From assembly GCA_963809665.1 (NCBI GenBank), contig CAWEKC010000005.1, positions 104,392 through 168,391 of the forward strand: a stretch of 64,000 nucleotides of DNA, read 5' to 3'. Source of the stretch: Candidatus Gottesmanbacteria bacterium. GTDB taxonomy: Bacteria > Patescibacteriota > Microgenomatia > UBA10105 > UBA927. The notes beneath the pieces were generated by a model that was given only the letters and a program-made list of their open reading frames with translations, did no database searches and was not told the DNA's origin. This document shows, one piece after another, positions 11,401 through 19,250 of the stretch; position 1 is the stretch's first letter, and each line of letters opens with the position of its first letter. The translations under genes were made by a program, and so were the position numbers.

Positions 11401-11525
11401 CTGAAATTATACCCGGGGATTTGATTGACGGCGGTAAACTGAACGAGCTTTGTCTGAAGCAAAAGCCAGCCAACCAACCCCCACACAAGAACCACAATGA
11501 GTACCAGCCACTTGGCCCACTTCAT
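8472..11525 (-). CDS. Large surface protein (1017 aa): N-terminal TM, Cys-rich region with CGDGCGGTC repeats, two Ig-like (Big_2-like) repeats, C-terminal beta-rich domain
   Basis: Hydrophobic N-terminus; two 28-aa Cys repeats; two PNP.T..TG...L.A.....I..VTFVS.NT..AT..P.SD repeats. Confidence 0.75.
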   Translation of the reverse strand: MKWAKWLVLIVVLVWGLVGWLLLQTKLVQFTAVNQIPGYNFSVSEILGNVFLYSQKYSTKRITGNITKVTVVFTPEVQHAVQLLAGKDTAGNDIEFSSLGATTQGDQLTLSVQYSPEAFAKTQTDPNMMSRDMYTYLCMIFDPGRPARDVCTQKAEDFIKKANGFHLGRFVKPKKKISLRLFEQVEAGCQGSILCGGTLGDNWCSITHIWCDPNNIGYCHQFGGGGSCVYHEWCDLGENQMNCNAWGTQNQCTNLDTVASCDISCNTSNEHFCTWIPSCSPDCSCAADICQGSTCGDGCGGTCNGTKTPDCSCAADTCIGSTCGDGCGGTCDGTKVCVACQVNSISPNPLTLNTGSTGTLTANTSVQGGTISNVTFVSGNTNVATINPSSDSSSPYQTVATGGTAGSSTLTATCHMPGGQTGTGTSTITVPTPDCTVTLTPNPVTVETGAKATLLATVTATNSTIARVTFVSNNTTIATVSPASDDTLQYQTEVTGGNGGSTTVTATCHINESNETGAGDATINVPYRCDVSATNTCEFVGNDMTIKTDWDVISRNFPINAIQGRLNPEPFPNWPNEEGDLSLNLGNTFSGTHRYPGIIPDIKQYSSNIGVFAVPIGGNPQGFACVSTNLPFYCLSSGTIQARALTVNPTNTSCATIRAGGTGGIAGSTFTFSPSSPSHPAPVPPSQVGSQYIVYDPATAGNGYTIQPTIPAGYLPARYCWQRTTAPTTGETQSADLPAGDTLTWDIGYMHGVPWSQASGGDVYAALAMQSLIPPPIPPNPHDVFIKNGTGGYPGVATYGTSANFDWSGITNGQDWVSSQKWLAHDTAPAPDTDYYQLMVSQFGGFPDNPDWTDPASPIPKPASRTTPYYVQGNMSTSGDWVVTAGQKVIFIVDGNLSIEGRINITGTGFVAFIVNGNITIDPSVGVPYISSVPVVEGIYITDPSHSFITGTGSGPATDRFVGQGSFIAGNFLLQRNVRDAGNTTTASELFLYDPQLLMTMPEPMKKLSVSWQEVAP
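10522..10685. repeat. 84-bp tandem repeat (2 copies) encoding a Cys-rich unit
   Basis: TTCGTTCCG at 10522 and 10606; both copies share CGGCTGCGCAACTGCAGTCAGG. Confidence 0.85.
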
Positions 11526-11546
11526 GAATCCAGTATAACAAAGAGA

Positions 11547-13256
11547 TTATTTCAAAGTAAAGAGAGGGTCGTCGGATGTATAAGAATTAAAGGCTTGAAA
11601 ATCATCGGCTAGGTGTTGAGTACTATTTTCAATATCGCTAGCAAGCGGATCAGAAAGAGGATTCGGAATCCCGCATTCAGCCAGAACACCATGTGCCAAG
11701 CACGCGTCAGAATATATAGCCAAGTCCGAACTGGTAGTAAGCGCTCCGATTAAAAAAACCGTGTTAATATCCCGAAAATATGACGTGTCGCCCTGAAGAT
11801 TCAGGTGATAGATCCAAGCTTGATTCTCTGCCCGCATCAACCTTCCTGTTTCATCGGCCCCATAATAAAAACCGGAGGCGCTATTGTATTGATATTTAAG
11901 AGGCATCGTTCCCGGCCCATCCGCGGTGAGAACCAGAGAGAATCCCTGTCTCGGATCAATAAGGAATTCTTTTTTAGCCAGTATGTCATAGATTGCTATA
12001 TCACCTTTCCCTTGTTTTAACAAATCCAGATACTGATCATAGGTAACATCGGGGTGATTCATAACATACTTGTACCGCAACCAGCAGTCCTGAAGATATA
12101 CCTGGGCTATGTCATCAGCTCCCTTTTGGGTCATATGGACTTCCGTAAAATTAAAATCTTCCCCATCCTGGGCATTCTGGGATAAACCAATAGTCACGGG
12201 GATTTCAAAACCGTCTGTGTTTCCTATCTTTGTTTCATAATAGACGGCCGGATATGCCTCAGAATAATTTCGGGATTCCGGCAACCGCCAGACATCACCA
12301 TCTTTCACCAATAGGATATTATTGGCATTATCAACAAGCCGTGTGCCGTACTTATCCTCCATCAGATATCCCTCATATTGGTTGCCGTCTGTTGCTGTGA
12401 TTGTCTCCGGGTTTGATGTGTCAAAGGGCATTTCTATGCCTGCCGGAGTCGGGGCGACAGTTTCGATGGGGGTGATGGTGGCTGTTTCCGTGGGGGTCAC
12501 GGTGGGAGTTTCAGTTAGGGTAGGCTCAATGGTAACCGTTGAGGTGAGGGCTTGTGTTTCCGTCATAGCCGGAACAACATCCGTAGTTGTCGGTGCCGTC
12601 CCCTGGGTTGCAATGTCGGGAGTGACGAAATTAACCGTAACACCGTCGCATCCGGCAAGCGCCAGGACACCCAACATGGCTGCCTGGGCAACTTTCTGCG
12701 GATCTATGGTGCCCCGTGCCTTGGCAATGACATTCTTCAGTGTGAGTTTTCCCCAGTTGGGATTCCAGTCGCAGGCCAGCTTAGCAGCACGTTCCACAAA
12801 ATTCAGAGCCAGGCGGGCCTGAGTCTGGGCAGTCCCGTATGCCTCCGGTATCCCGCTTGAGGGGGTTAATAGTGCTTCCAGTCTGGCCGCCCGCTGTAGT
12901 AGGACAACCATCGTGAGGCTGCGGTCGGTTGCCATCTTGTTATCAGGGCTCATGCCAGCCAGTTGTTCCGCACTTGTCGTCACCCCGAACTTAGCCAGCT
13001 TCCGTGAGCCTACGATCTCTACGGCAATACCGGCTGCTTTATCAGCATCATACGTGGCGTGGTCCGAAAATTCCTTGGCGCTGTTGATGGAAATCCCTTT
13101 TTCAAACCGTTCCATGGAGGCTGGCTGTTCGTAAAACGAGTTGGGGACAATATAGGCGCGGGAAAGGCTTCGGGCAACATCCTTGAAGGCTTCGGCAAAA
13201 TTGATAAGCCGCGGGCTTTCTTTTGCGTACCGTATCTCTGCGCTCATATCAATCAT
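11547..13256 (-). CDS. Hypothetical protein with internal lipobox-like motif and Thr/Pro-rich linker
   Basis: 569-aa ORF; MLGVLALAGC ending at Cys203, followed by TETPTVTPTETATITP. Confidence 0.7.
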   Translation of the reverse strand: MIDMSAEIRYAKESPRLINFAEAFKDVARSLSRAYIVPNSFYEQPASMERFEKGISINSAKEFSDHATYDADKAAGIAVEIVGSRKLAKFGVTTSAEQLAGMSPDNKMATDRSLTMVVLLQRAARLEALLTPSSGIPEAYGTAQTQARLALNFVERAAKLACDWNPNWGKLTLKNVIAKARGTIDPQKVAQAAMLGVLALAGCDGVTVNFVTPDIATQGTAPTTTDVVPAMTETQALTSTVTIEPTLTETPTVTPTETATITPIETVAPTPAGIEMPFDTSNPETITATDGNQYEGYLMEDKYGTRLVDNANNILLVKDGDVWRLPESRNYSEAYPAVYYETKIGNTDGFEIPVTIGLSQNAQDGEDFNFTEVHMTQKGADDIAQVYLQDCWLRYKYVMNHPDVTYDQYLDLLKQGKGDIAIYDILAKKEFLIDPRQGFSLVLTADGPGTMPLKYQYNSASGFYYGADETGRLMRAENQAWIYHLNLQGDTSYFRDINTVFLIGALTTSSDLAIYSDACLAHGVLAECGIPNPLSDPLASDIENSTQHLADDFQAFNSYTSDDPLFTLK

Positions 13257-13320
13257 GAATTATAGGATTTAAAAATGAATAAAGCAAGTTCCCTCTCAGT
13301 CTATCACCAAAATGTCCCGC

Positions 13321-13378
13321 TTGACAATCGCCGGCAAGTTTCCTAGTATGTGGACAAGTTATCCACACGTTGCCCACG
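13321..13378 (+). promoter_or_regulatory. dnaA sigma70 promoter overlapped by DnaA boxes
   Basis: TTGACA (13321) - 17 nt - TAGTAT (13344); TGTGGACAA 13349-13357 and consensus TTATCCACA 13359-13367. Confidence 0.8.
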
Positions 13379-13388
13379 CGAGTATTAT

Positions 13389-14771
13389 ATGGATCTTATC
13401 AAACTCTGGAAGTCTGTGTTGTCGGAACTTGAGTTGTCGGTTTCAAAAGCCACGTTTCAAACGCATTTTGCCCATTCGACACTCGTCTCCTTTACCGACA
13501 ACGTGGCCACCATCGGATTTTCCAACCCCCTCATGCGTACGCTTGTTGAAACCCGCTATTACAGCCTTGTCAAAAGCGTCCTTGACCACCATGCAAAACA
13601 AAACACGAGCCTGATATTCGTGGTCGTTGCCAAAAAGGAAACGCTTGATCCCTCCAGCGCGGGACCGCTTTTCGCCCAGACGCTCGGCCGCGAGGAAATA
13701 AGCATTTCATCGGTTGCCCGCCGTCTTCATATCCGTCCCGACGCAACGTTTGAAAGTTTTGCCGTGTCAACCACCAACCAGATGGCGTATGCGGCAGCAA
13801 CCGCGGTTGCCAAACATCCCGGCACGTCATACAACCCTTTATTTTTTTACGGCGGCACAGGGGTGGGAAAGACCCACCTCATGCACGCCATTGCAAATCA
13901 ACTATTAGCTGCCCGTCCTGCGATGCGCATCGTCTATTGTATGGGAGAAGAATTTTTGAATGAAATTATTGAAGCTATCCAGACCAAGTCCGCGCGTCAG
14001 TTTAAACAGAAATACCGGAGTGCCCAACTTCTACTGGTTGATGATGTGCAATTTATTGCCGGCAAACAGACGGCGCAGGAGGAATTTTTCCATACATTCA
14101 ATACGGTCCACCGCGAGGGGGGACAGATCGTTCTCACGAGCGACCGCCCGCCGTCGGAGATTTCGCGGCTTGAGGACCGCCTCCGCAGCCGATTTGAGGG
14201 AGGGCTTACGGTTGATGTGGCTGCGCCGGATTTTGAGCTGCGGGTTGCTATTGCAAATATTAAAGCGGGGGCCATGGGGCTTGCTGTCCCGCCGGAAGCG
14301 GCACAGCTTATGGCGGCAAACATCACCGATACGCGCGCAATTGAGGGGTTTCTGCGGCGTCTTACGACCGAGGTGGCCACCCGCAAATCTGCTGTCACCG
14401 CGGAGATGGTCTCGTCGCTGTTAAACATTAAGAACCACGGAAACGGCGTCACCATCCCATCTAAGTCCGCAAAACGTGTGAGTCCGCAGGAAGTTTTAGA
14501 TTCCGTAGCGGCGTATTATGGTCTCAAAACCACGGCTCTCAAGGGTACCAAGCGCGACCGTCCCATTGCGCGCCCTCGGCAGGTTTTTATGTATTTGTGC
14601 CGCACGGAGCTCGGCCTCACCCACGAGGACATCGGCGGGTCCCTTGGAGGACGGGATCATACGACAATTATGCACGGGGTTGAGACGATAACGCGCGAAT
14701 TGTCCACAAACACGCGTCTCCGCGAAGCGGTGGAGGGGATAAAACAAAAATTATGGGCCCAATCAACATAA
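13389..14771 (+). CDS. dnaA: Chromosomal replication initiator DnaA
   Basis: YNPLFFYGGTGVGKTHL, LLVDDVQF, RLRSRFEGGL, GGRDHTTIMH; ATG 13389 chosen because the 13350 start lies inside the promoter. Confidence 0.98.
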   Translation: MDLIKLWKSVLSELELSVSKATFQTHFAHSTLVSFTDNVATIGFSNPLMRTLVETRYYSLVKSVLDHHAKQNTSLIFVVVAKKETLDPSSAGPLFAQTLGREEISISSVARRLHIRPDATFESFAVSTTNQMAYAAATAVAKHPGTSYNPLFFYGGTGVGKTHLMHAIANQLLAARPAMRIVYCMGEEFLNEIIEAIQTKSARQFKQKYRSAQLLLVDDVQFIAGKQTAQEEFFHTFNTVHREGGQIVLTSDRPPSEISRLEDRLRSRFEGGLTVDVAAPDFELRVAIANIKAGAMGLAVPPEAAQLMAANITDTRAIEGFLRRLTTEVATRKSAVTAEMVSSLLNIKNHGNGVTIPSKSAKRVSPQEVLDSVAAYYGLKTTALKGTKRDRPIARPRQVFMYLCRTELGLTHEDIGGSLGGRDHTTIMHGVETITRELSTNTRLREAVEGIKQKLWAQST

Positions 14772-14921
14772 AGTTTTCCACTTATCCACTCCGCACGCGG
14801 AGTTATCCACATTGTTATCCACTCTCTTTCCACGATTTGAATAATTGTTTTGGGCCGTTGACACAATCAACTAAAAAGCATACACTTTTCCACACCGATT
14901 TCTATTACTGCTACTATTAAT
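14772..14921. other. Replication origin oriC (DnaA boxes plus DnaA-trio unwinding element)
   Basis: TTATCCACT 14782, TTATCCACA 14803, TTATCCACT 14815, TTTTCCACA 14886, then CTATTACTGCTACTATTA just before dnaN. Confidence 0.85.
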
Positions 14922-16028
14922 ATGAACATTGCAATACTTCAGGAAAATCTTTTAAAAGCGCTCACAAGAACGGGGAGAATTGTCGCACAAAAGACCCAAT
15001 TACCCATCATGCAGAATGTGCTTCTTACCACAGATGACTCACGGCTCAGGATCGTTGCCACGAACATGGAGACCACGGAAGTTGTGTTGGCTGGGGCAAA
15101 AGTGGAGAAAGATGGGGGAATCTGCGTTTCTTCGCGTTTGTTGACCGACCTTGTTATGTCCCTTCCTCAGGATACGATTCACATGGTAGTCAAGGAAGGC
15201 TCTCTTCATATCCGGTGCAACGGCGTTAATGCAACCATCCCCGGTGTGGCGGCGTCTGAATTTCCCCCTGTCTCATCCCTGAAAAAGAAAACCGGAATGA
15301 AACTGGATAAAACGACGTTTCTAGACGCTCTCACGGGTGTTTTGTTTGCCGCGGCAACGGACGAGGGGAGGCCGCTTCTCACAGGCGTAAAGATTACCAC
15401 CCAGGAGGGGACAGCACTGTTTGCGGCAACGGACGGATACCGCCTGTCCATGAAAAAAATAACATCGGGGAAATTCGGTGACCTTAATTTCGTCATACCC
15501 GCACGCGCCCTTTCAGAGGTCGTGAAAGTGAGCCAGGAAGAAAAGGACGTGACGGCCGTAGAAATGATAGAGACGCAGGAAGGGCAGCTGGTGTTTAGCG
15601 TGGGGGATACGCAGGTTCATACCCGCCCGATTGCCGGTGAGTATCCCAATATCGAAAAAATCGTTCCCACGCGGCACAATACACGCGTGTTGGTTGATAA
15701 AACAAGCTTACTACGCGCGGTAAAGTCCGCGTCCATATTTGCCAGGGACAACGCGAACATTCTCCGTCTCCATATTGAAAACCAAAAAATGATCGTGTCT
15801 GCCAACACGCCGCAGGTTGGGGAAAACCACGTGGAGGTGGAAGCCAAGGTGGACGGCGACGGGGGAGACATTGCCTTTAACAGCAGGTTTCTGCTGGAGT
15901 TTCTCAACGGGTTTGCCGGTGAAGAGCTTTTATTTGAAATGACGGGATCTCTTAATTCAGGAGTGTTCCGGCCCGTGAAGGACGATTCCTATCTTCACAT
16001 CATCATGCCGGTGAGAGTTCAGAGTTGA
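14922..16028 (+). CDS. dnaN: DNA polymerase III beta sliding clamp
   Basis: ATNME, RPLLTGV, ATDGYRL, IAFNSRFL, IIMPVR motifs. Confidence 0.98.
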   Translation: MNIAILQENLLKALTRTGRIVAQKTQLPIMQNVLLTTDDSRLRIVATNMETTEVVLAGAKVEKDGGICVSSRLLTDLVMSLPQDTIHMVVKEGSLHIRCNGVNATIPGVAASEFPPVSSLKKKTGMKLDKTTFLDALTGVLFAAATDEGRPLLTGVKITTQEGTALFAATDGYRLSMKKITSGKFGDLNFVIPARALSEVVKVSQEEKDVTAVEMIETQEGQLVFSVGDTQVHTRPIAGEYPNIEKIVPTRHNTRVLVDKTSLLRAVKSASIFARDNANILRLHIENQKMIVSANTPQVGENHVEVEAKVDGDGGDIAFNSRFLLEFLNGFAGEELLFEMTGSLNSGVFRPVKDDSYLHIIMPVRVQS

Positions 16029-17014
16029 CCATTTCCTGCCGGTACCAGCCACAGAAACAGCGTTGCGTTTTGAACGGCGCCGGTCACTGTTTTTCCCGTA
16101 CCGGTCATATAGAGGGCGGGCAGTAATAGATTCTTCTGCGGCGCATACACGATCGCACTGTCTTCAATAACAAAGCTTGAAAAATCAGGGACCACTCCCT
16201 GTTCGGGCGTTTGAGGATTGTGTGTATCAAGAAGCGTGCCCCTCCCCGCAGTAAGGCTGCCAAGAACCTCGTCGCGTGTTAATAGCGGCGTTGCGGTTCC
16301 CGTCTGAAACGATGCGGGCGGCGGAATAATATTTGCGGAACGGATGATGCCTCCGCTGTCGGCGATGACGGAGACGGGAGAGATACTTAAGTCGGCAGTC
16401 AATAGCGGGTAAGAAGCCACAATATAGGAATAAAAATAATTCTTAAATGATGCCGGCGGGGGAGTATCTATAACAAGGAGCCCGTCAAACGGGCCGTTGG
16501 TAGTTCCCGCGGCTTTAATGCTGAGATTTTGCGTCGGAGGGATGACCGCTATCAAAAACTGTTGGACTGCGGCCTCCGGCGCGATCGGGCTCAGAGGCTT
16601 GGAACTTTTTACCTGGCGGAAGGTGATGGACATTGCGCCGTTTGTTTGTGTGACCGTAAGAGCTGCATCATTCGGCCGCGACCAGGTTTTGGTATACGAG
16701 CCTCCGCGGACAAGCGTGACGGGGGTTGGTTCCAGGCCAAGGGCGGGGGCGGCTTTTACCGCCGTTTGTTCAATTGACGAAAGACCTGGGGGCTGAAACG
16801 TATACGTTGGAAGCGATGTGGGGATTGAAGGCGGCATGGTAAACGAGAACGAAACCTTCGGCGGCTGGGGGAATATACCGGTCGGGCCCGGAGCGGCAAG
16901 TGTCGGAGACGGGGACGGGCCGGCAGGAGATGACGGTTGATGTACGGTCAAAACGATGGCCACTGCGACTACAACAATAAATATGGCCCCCACAATCAAC
17001 AATATTTTATTCAT
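16019..17014 (-). CDS. Hypothetical membrane-anchored exported protein, last gene of the T4SS-like operon
   Basis: N-terminal TM and Pro-rich linker; 3 nt downstream of the M23 gene. Confidence 0.7.
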   Translation of the reverse strand: MNKILLIVGAIFIVVVAVAIVLTVHQPSSPAGPSPSPTLAAPGPTGIFPQPPKVSFSFTMPPSIPTSLPTYTFQPPGLSSIEQTAVKAAPALGLEPTPVTLVRGGSYTKTWSRPNDAALTVTQTNGAMSITFRQVKSSKPLSPIAPEAAVQQFLIAVIPPTQNLSIKAAGTTNGPFDGLLVIDTPPPASFKNYFYSYIVASYPLLTADLSISPVSVIADSGGIIRSANIIPPPASFQTGTATPLLTRDEVLGSLTAGRGTLLDTHNPQTPEQGVVPDFSSFVIEDSAIVYAPQKNLLLPALYMTGTGKTVTGAVQNATLFLWLVPAGNGQL

Positions 17015-17017
17015 ACG

Positions 17018-19246
17018 TTATGACCCCGCCTTAACAGGGGTTGACGGGCACGGCTTTGTACATCCCGCAGTTGTCACACATCCGCTAATCGCCTCCGGCG
17101 AAAGCGCGGAATCTCCCGTGGGCACGAAATCCAGAACATTGCCCCCCGACAGTACGCCAAAGTGCAGATGGGCACCACTGGAGTTGCCTGTCTGATCCAT
17201 CCACCCAAGCTGTGCGTTTGCGTTAACGTGTTGCCCCGCCTGAACACCCAGCGTGCTCTCCAGGTGCGCAAAAATGAGTGTATACCCATCGTCCGTTTTT
17301 AGAATAACATGATTGCCGTAGCCTGCATATGAGGGGCTTCCGCCGCACGTGTCTCCCAGGTGCCCGGAATTGGTTACGCAGCCGGCGTAAGCCTCAACAA
17401 CGGTTCCCGCCCTCGGCGTATAGACGGGGCCGCCGGAAAAACTGGCAATATCAATGCCGTTTGCCGCAGATCCCGACGAATGAGACGTGCTTACGGAACA
17501 AAATACTGCGGTATTAGGGCCTTGGGTTATATAGCCGCTGGTGGGCCAGCGGCAATCACCCGTACAGGCAATAAAACTACACAAGGGATCGTCAGGCGTC
17601 AGTTGGCAATTAACAGTCGGACCGCCCGTCATGCCGCCCCCCGCGTTGGTTGCAATAGACGTGTCAACCATGGATTGGTTGAACGAGGGCGTGTTTATCA
17701 AGGGAAACAGCGGGAGAAAAAAAACAGCTACAATTCCCACCATAGCAACAAGAATCAAATTGTCTTCAGGGTTTTTGCTGTTGCCCATGAACAGCAAGCT
17801 TTTGAGGATGGCGGCGCCCTTCCGGAGCAGCCCCTTGGCAAAATCCGATGCGATCATTGCAAGCGTGGCGATTCCACCCGTACTTGCTCCCGCCACAGCC
17901 TCAGCGCCCACCTTCATTGCTGTGCTGACAGCTGCTTTTGTCGCAGCCTCTTTAACACCCGCCTTAATCGCTTTCTTCATGACATAATTGGTGCCCATAC
18001 GGAGAAGCTGCTGGCCATAACCAAGCGCGATATTGCCGTAGTGGGAAACGCTGACCACCGTGTAACTCAATGGGGTGGTGATCCGGTAGGTTTCCATGTA
18101 TGTAATGACGTTTACGATCGGCGGTCCGCGGAAAACCGTTGTGGCGACATCGGATACAATTGCCGTAAATCTGGATGTAATTTTTAGTGCAGCACCCTGA
18201 TCACCCATCATGCGGTTTGCATCGGTCCTGAGCCTGGTAAACCACGCAGAGTTGACAAAATTTGTTCCCCACCTGTCCGTCATTGTCGCCAAAACATTCG
18301 GAGGGAGGGTTTCGGGATGATTGACGATAGTGTCCAGCGGTTTCAGCAGTATTTTATTAATGATGGTCCCTTTTTCTGCCGTCGGTACGACAGCGTCAAG
18401 TATTCCCGCGGCACCTTTTTGAAAATTATTTGTTGCAAGCGCGGAGAATGATGGCGCCCCCGGAAATGTGCCGATGGATGCGGAGAGAACCTTTGCGGCA
18501 TCCGTGACTTCGGCCGCGCGGGGCACAAACACTTTTACGTCACGGTCGGGTTGCTCAGAAGCAAACGACGTGAGCGCATGGAAAAAGAGCTCTTTTTCTT
18601 CCGGTGGTCCAGGGCGCTGGATCGCGGCGACGGCGATTTCCCTGATCCGTTCCGGCGTCACAGGTGTGCCCTGTGCCTCCTGCGCTTGCAAGGTCGACTT
18701 CTTACTACCAATAAAAATATCCAAGCTTTCAGCTTGATCCCCACTGTCCCACACATCACCCCAACCCGGTACCGACTCGAGGGGCGCGCCCTGAATTTCC
18801 TGCGGCGCTGGAGCTTGTGGAGAAGTTTGCTCAGGGTACGCACCAGAACCTCCCGCAATTGTTTCAGAAATAGTTACGTTTGATTTTTTTGCGTTTTCTA
18901 CTAACGCCCTGACGAATTTTTTTGACGCGGTAGCCGCATTGACACGCTGCGCTTTTGCGTCGGCAAATTCCCTATCAAACTCCTCAACCAGCTCATTCAA
19001 TTTTGCTTCTTCAATGTTGTTGGGAAGAAGTGCTGCCGCCTGAGCGCCCTGCTCACCCGCAGCCCCCGTTGTTTCAAAATAGCGTAAGAACGCCTCGGTT
19101 GGCCGTTTGGGAAACGGCCACGACGTGAACGGATTTGCCCCCGGGTATTTATTGAAAAACCCCTCGAGCGTTTCCGGATCTTCCTGGAGGTTTAGCAAAA
19201 TCCCGAGCGCCCTCTGTGTTTCCTGTGATGACGCAAATTCATCCAT
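17018..19246 (-). CDS. Membrane-anchored M23 metallopeptidase with long N-terminal domain
   Basis: H......GIDIA, GYGNHVIL, FAHL, TGNSSGAHLHFG motifs after a TM helix. Confidence 0.85.
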   Translation of the reverse strand: MDEFASSQETQRALGILLNLQEDPETLEGFFNKYPGANPFTSWPFPKRPTEAFLRYFETTGAAGEQGAQAAALLPNNIEEAKLNELVEEFDREFADAKAQRVNAATASKKFVRALVENAKKSNVTISETIAGGSGAYPEQTSPQAPAPQEIQGAPLESVPGWGDVWDSGDQAESLDIFIGSKKSTLQAQEAQGTPVTPERIREIAVAAIQRPGPPEEKELFFHALTSFASEQPDRDVKVFVPRAAEVTDAAKVLSASIGTFPGAPSFSALATNNFQKGAAGILDAVVPTAEKGTIINKILLKPLDTIVNHPETLPPNVLATMTDRWGTNFVNSAWFTRLRTDANRMMGDQGAALKITSRFTAIVSDVATTVFRGPPIVNVITYMETYRITTPLSYTVVSVSHYGNIALGYGQQLLRMGTNYVMKKAIKAGVKEAATKAAVSTAMKVGAEAVAGASTGGIATLAMIASDFAKGLLRKGAAILKSLLFMGNSKNPEDNLILVAMVGIVAVFFLPLFPLINTPSFNQSMVDTSIATNAGGGMTGGPTVNCQLTPDDPLCSFIACTGDCRWPTSGYITQGPNTAVFCSVSTSHSSGSAANGIDIASFSGGPVYTPRAGTVVEAYAGCVTNSGHLGDTCGGSPSYAGYGNHVILKTDDGYTLIFAHLESTLGVQAGQHVNANAQLGWMDQTGNSSGAHLHFGVLSGGNVLDFVPTGDSALSPEAISGCVTTAGCTKPCPSTPVKAGS

Positions 19247-19250
19247 AGCG

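Noticed and set aside
17360-18187. Long antisense ORFs (17360..18187, 24596..25480, 38814..39602, 52226..53020)
   Set aside because: Lie opposite well-supported genes and show no recognisable motifs
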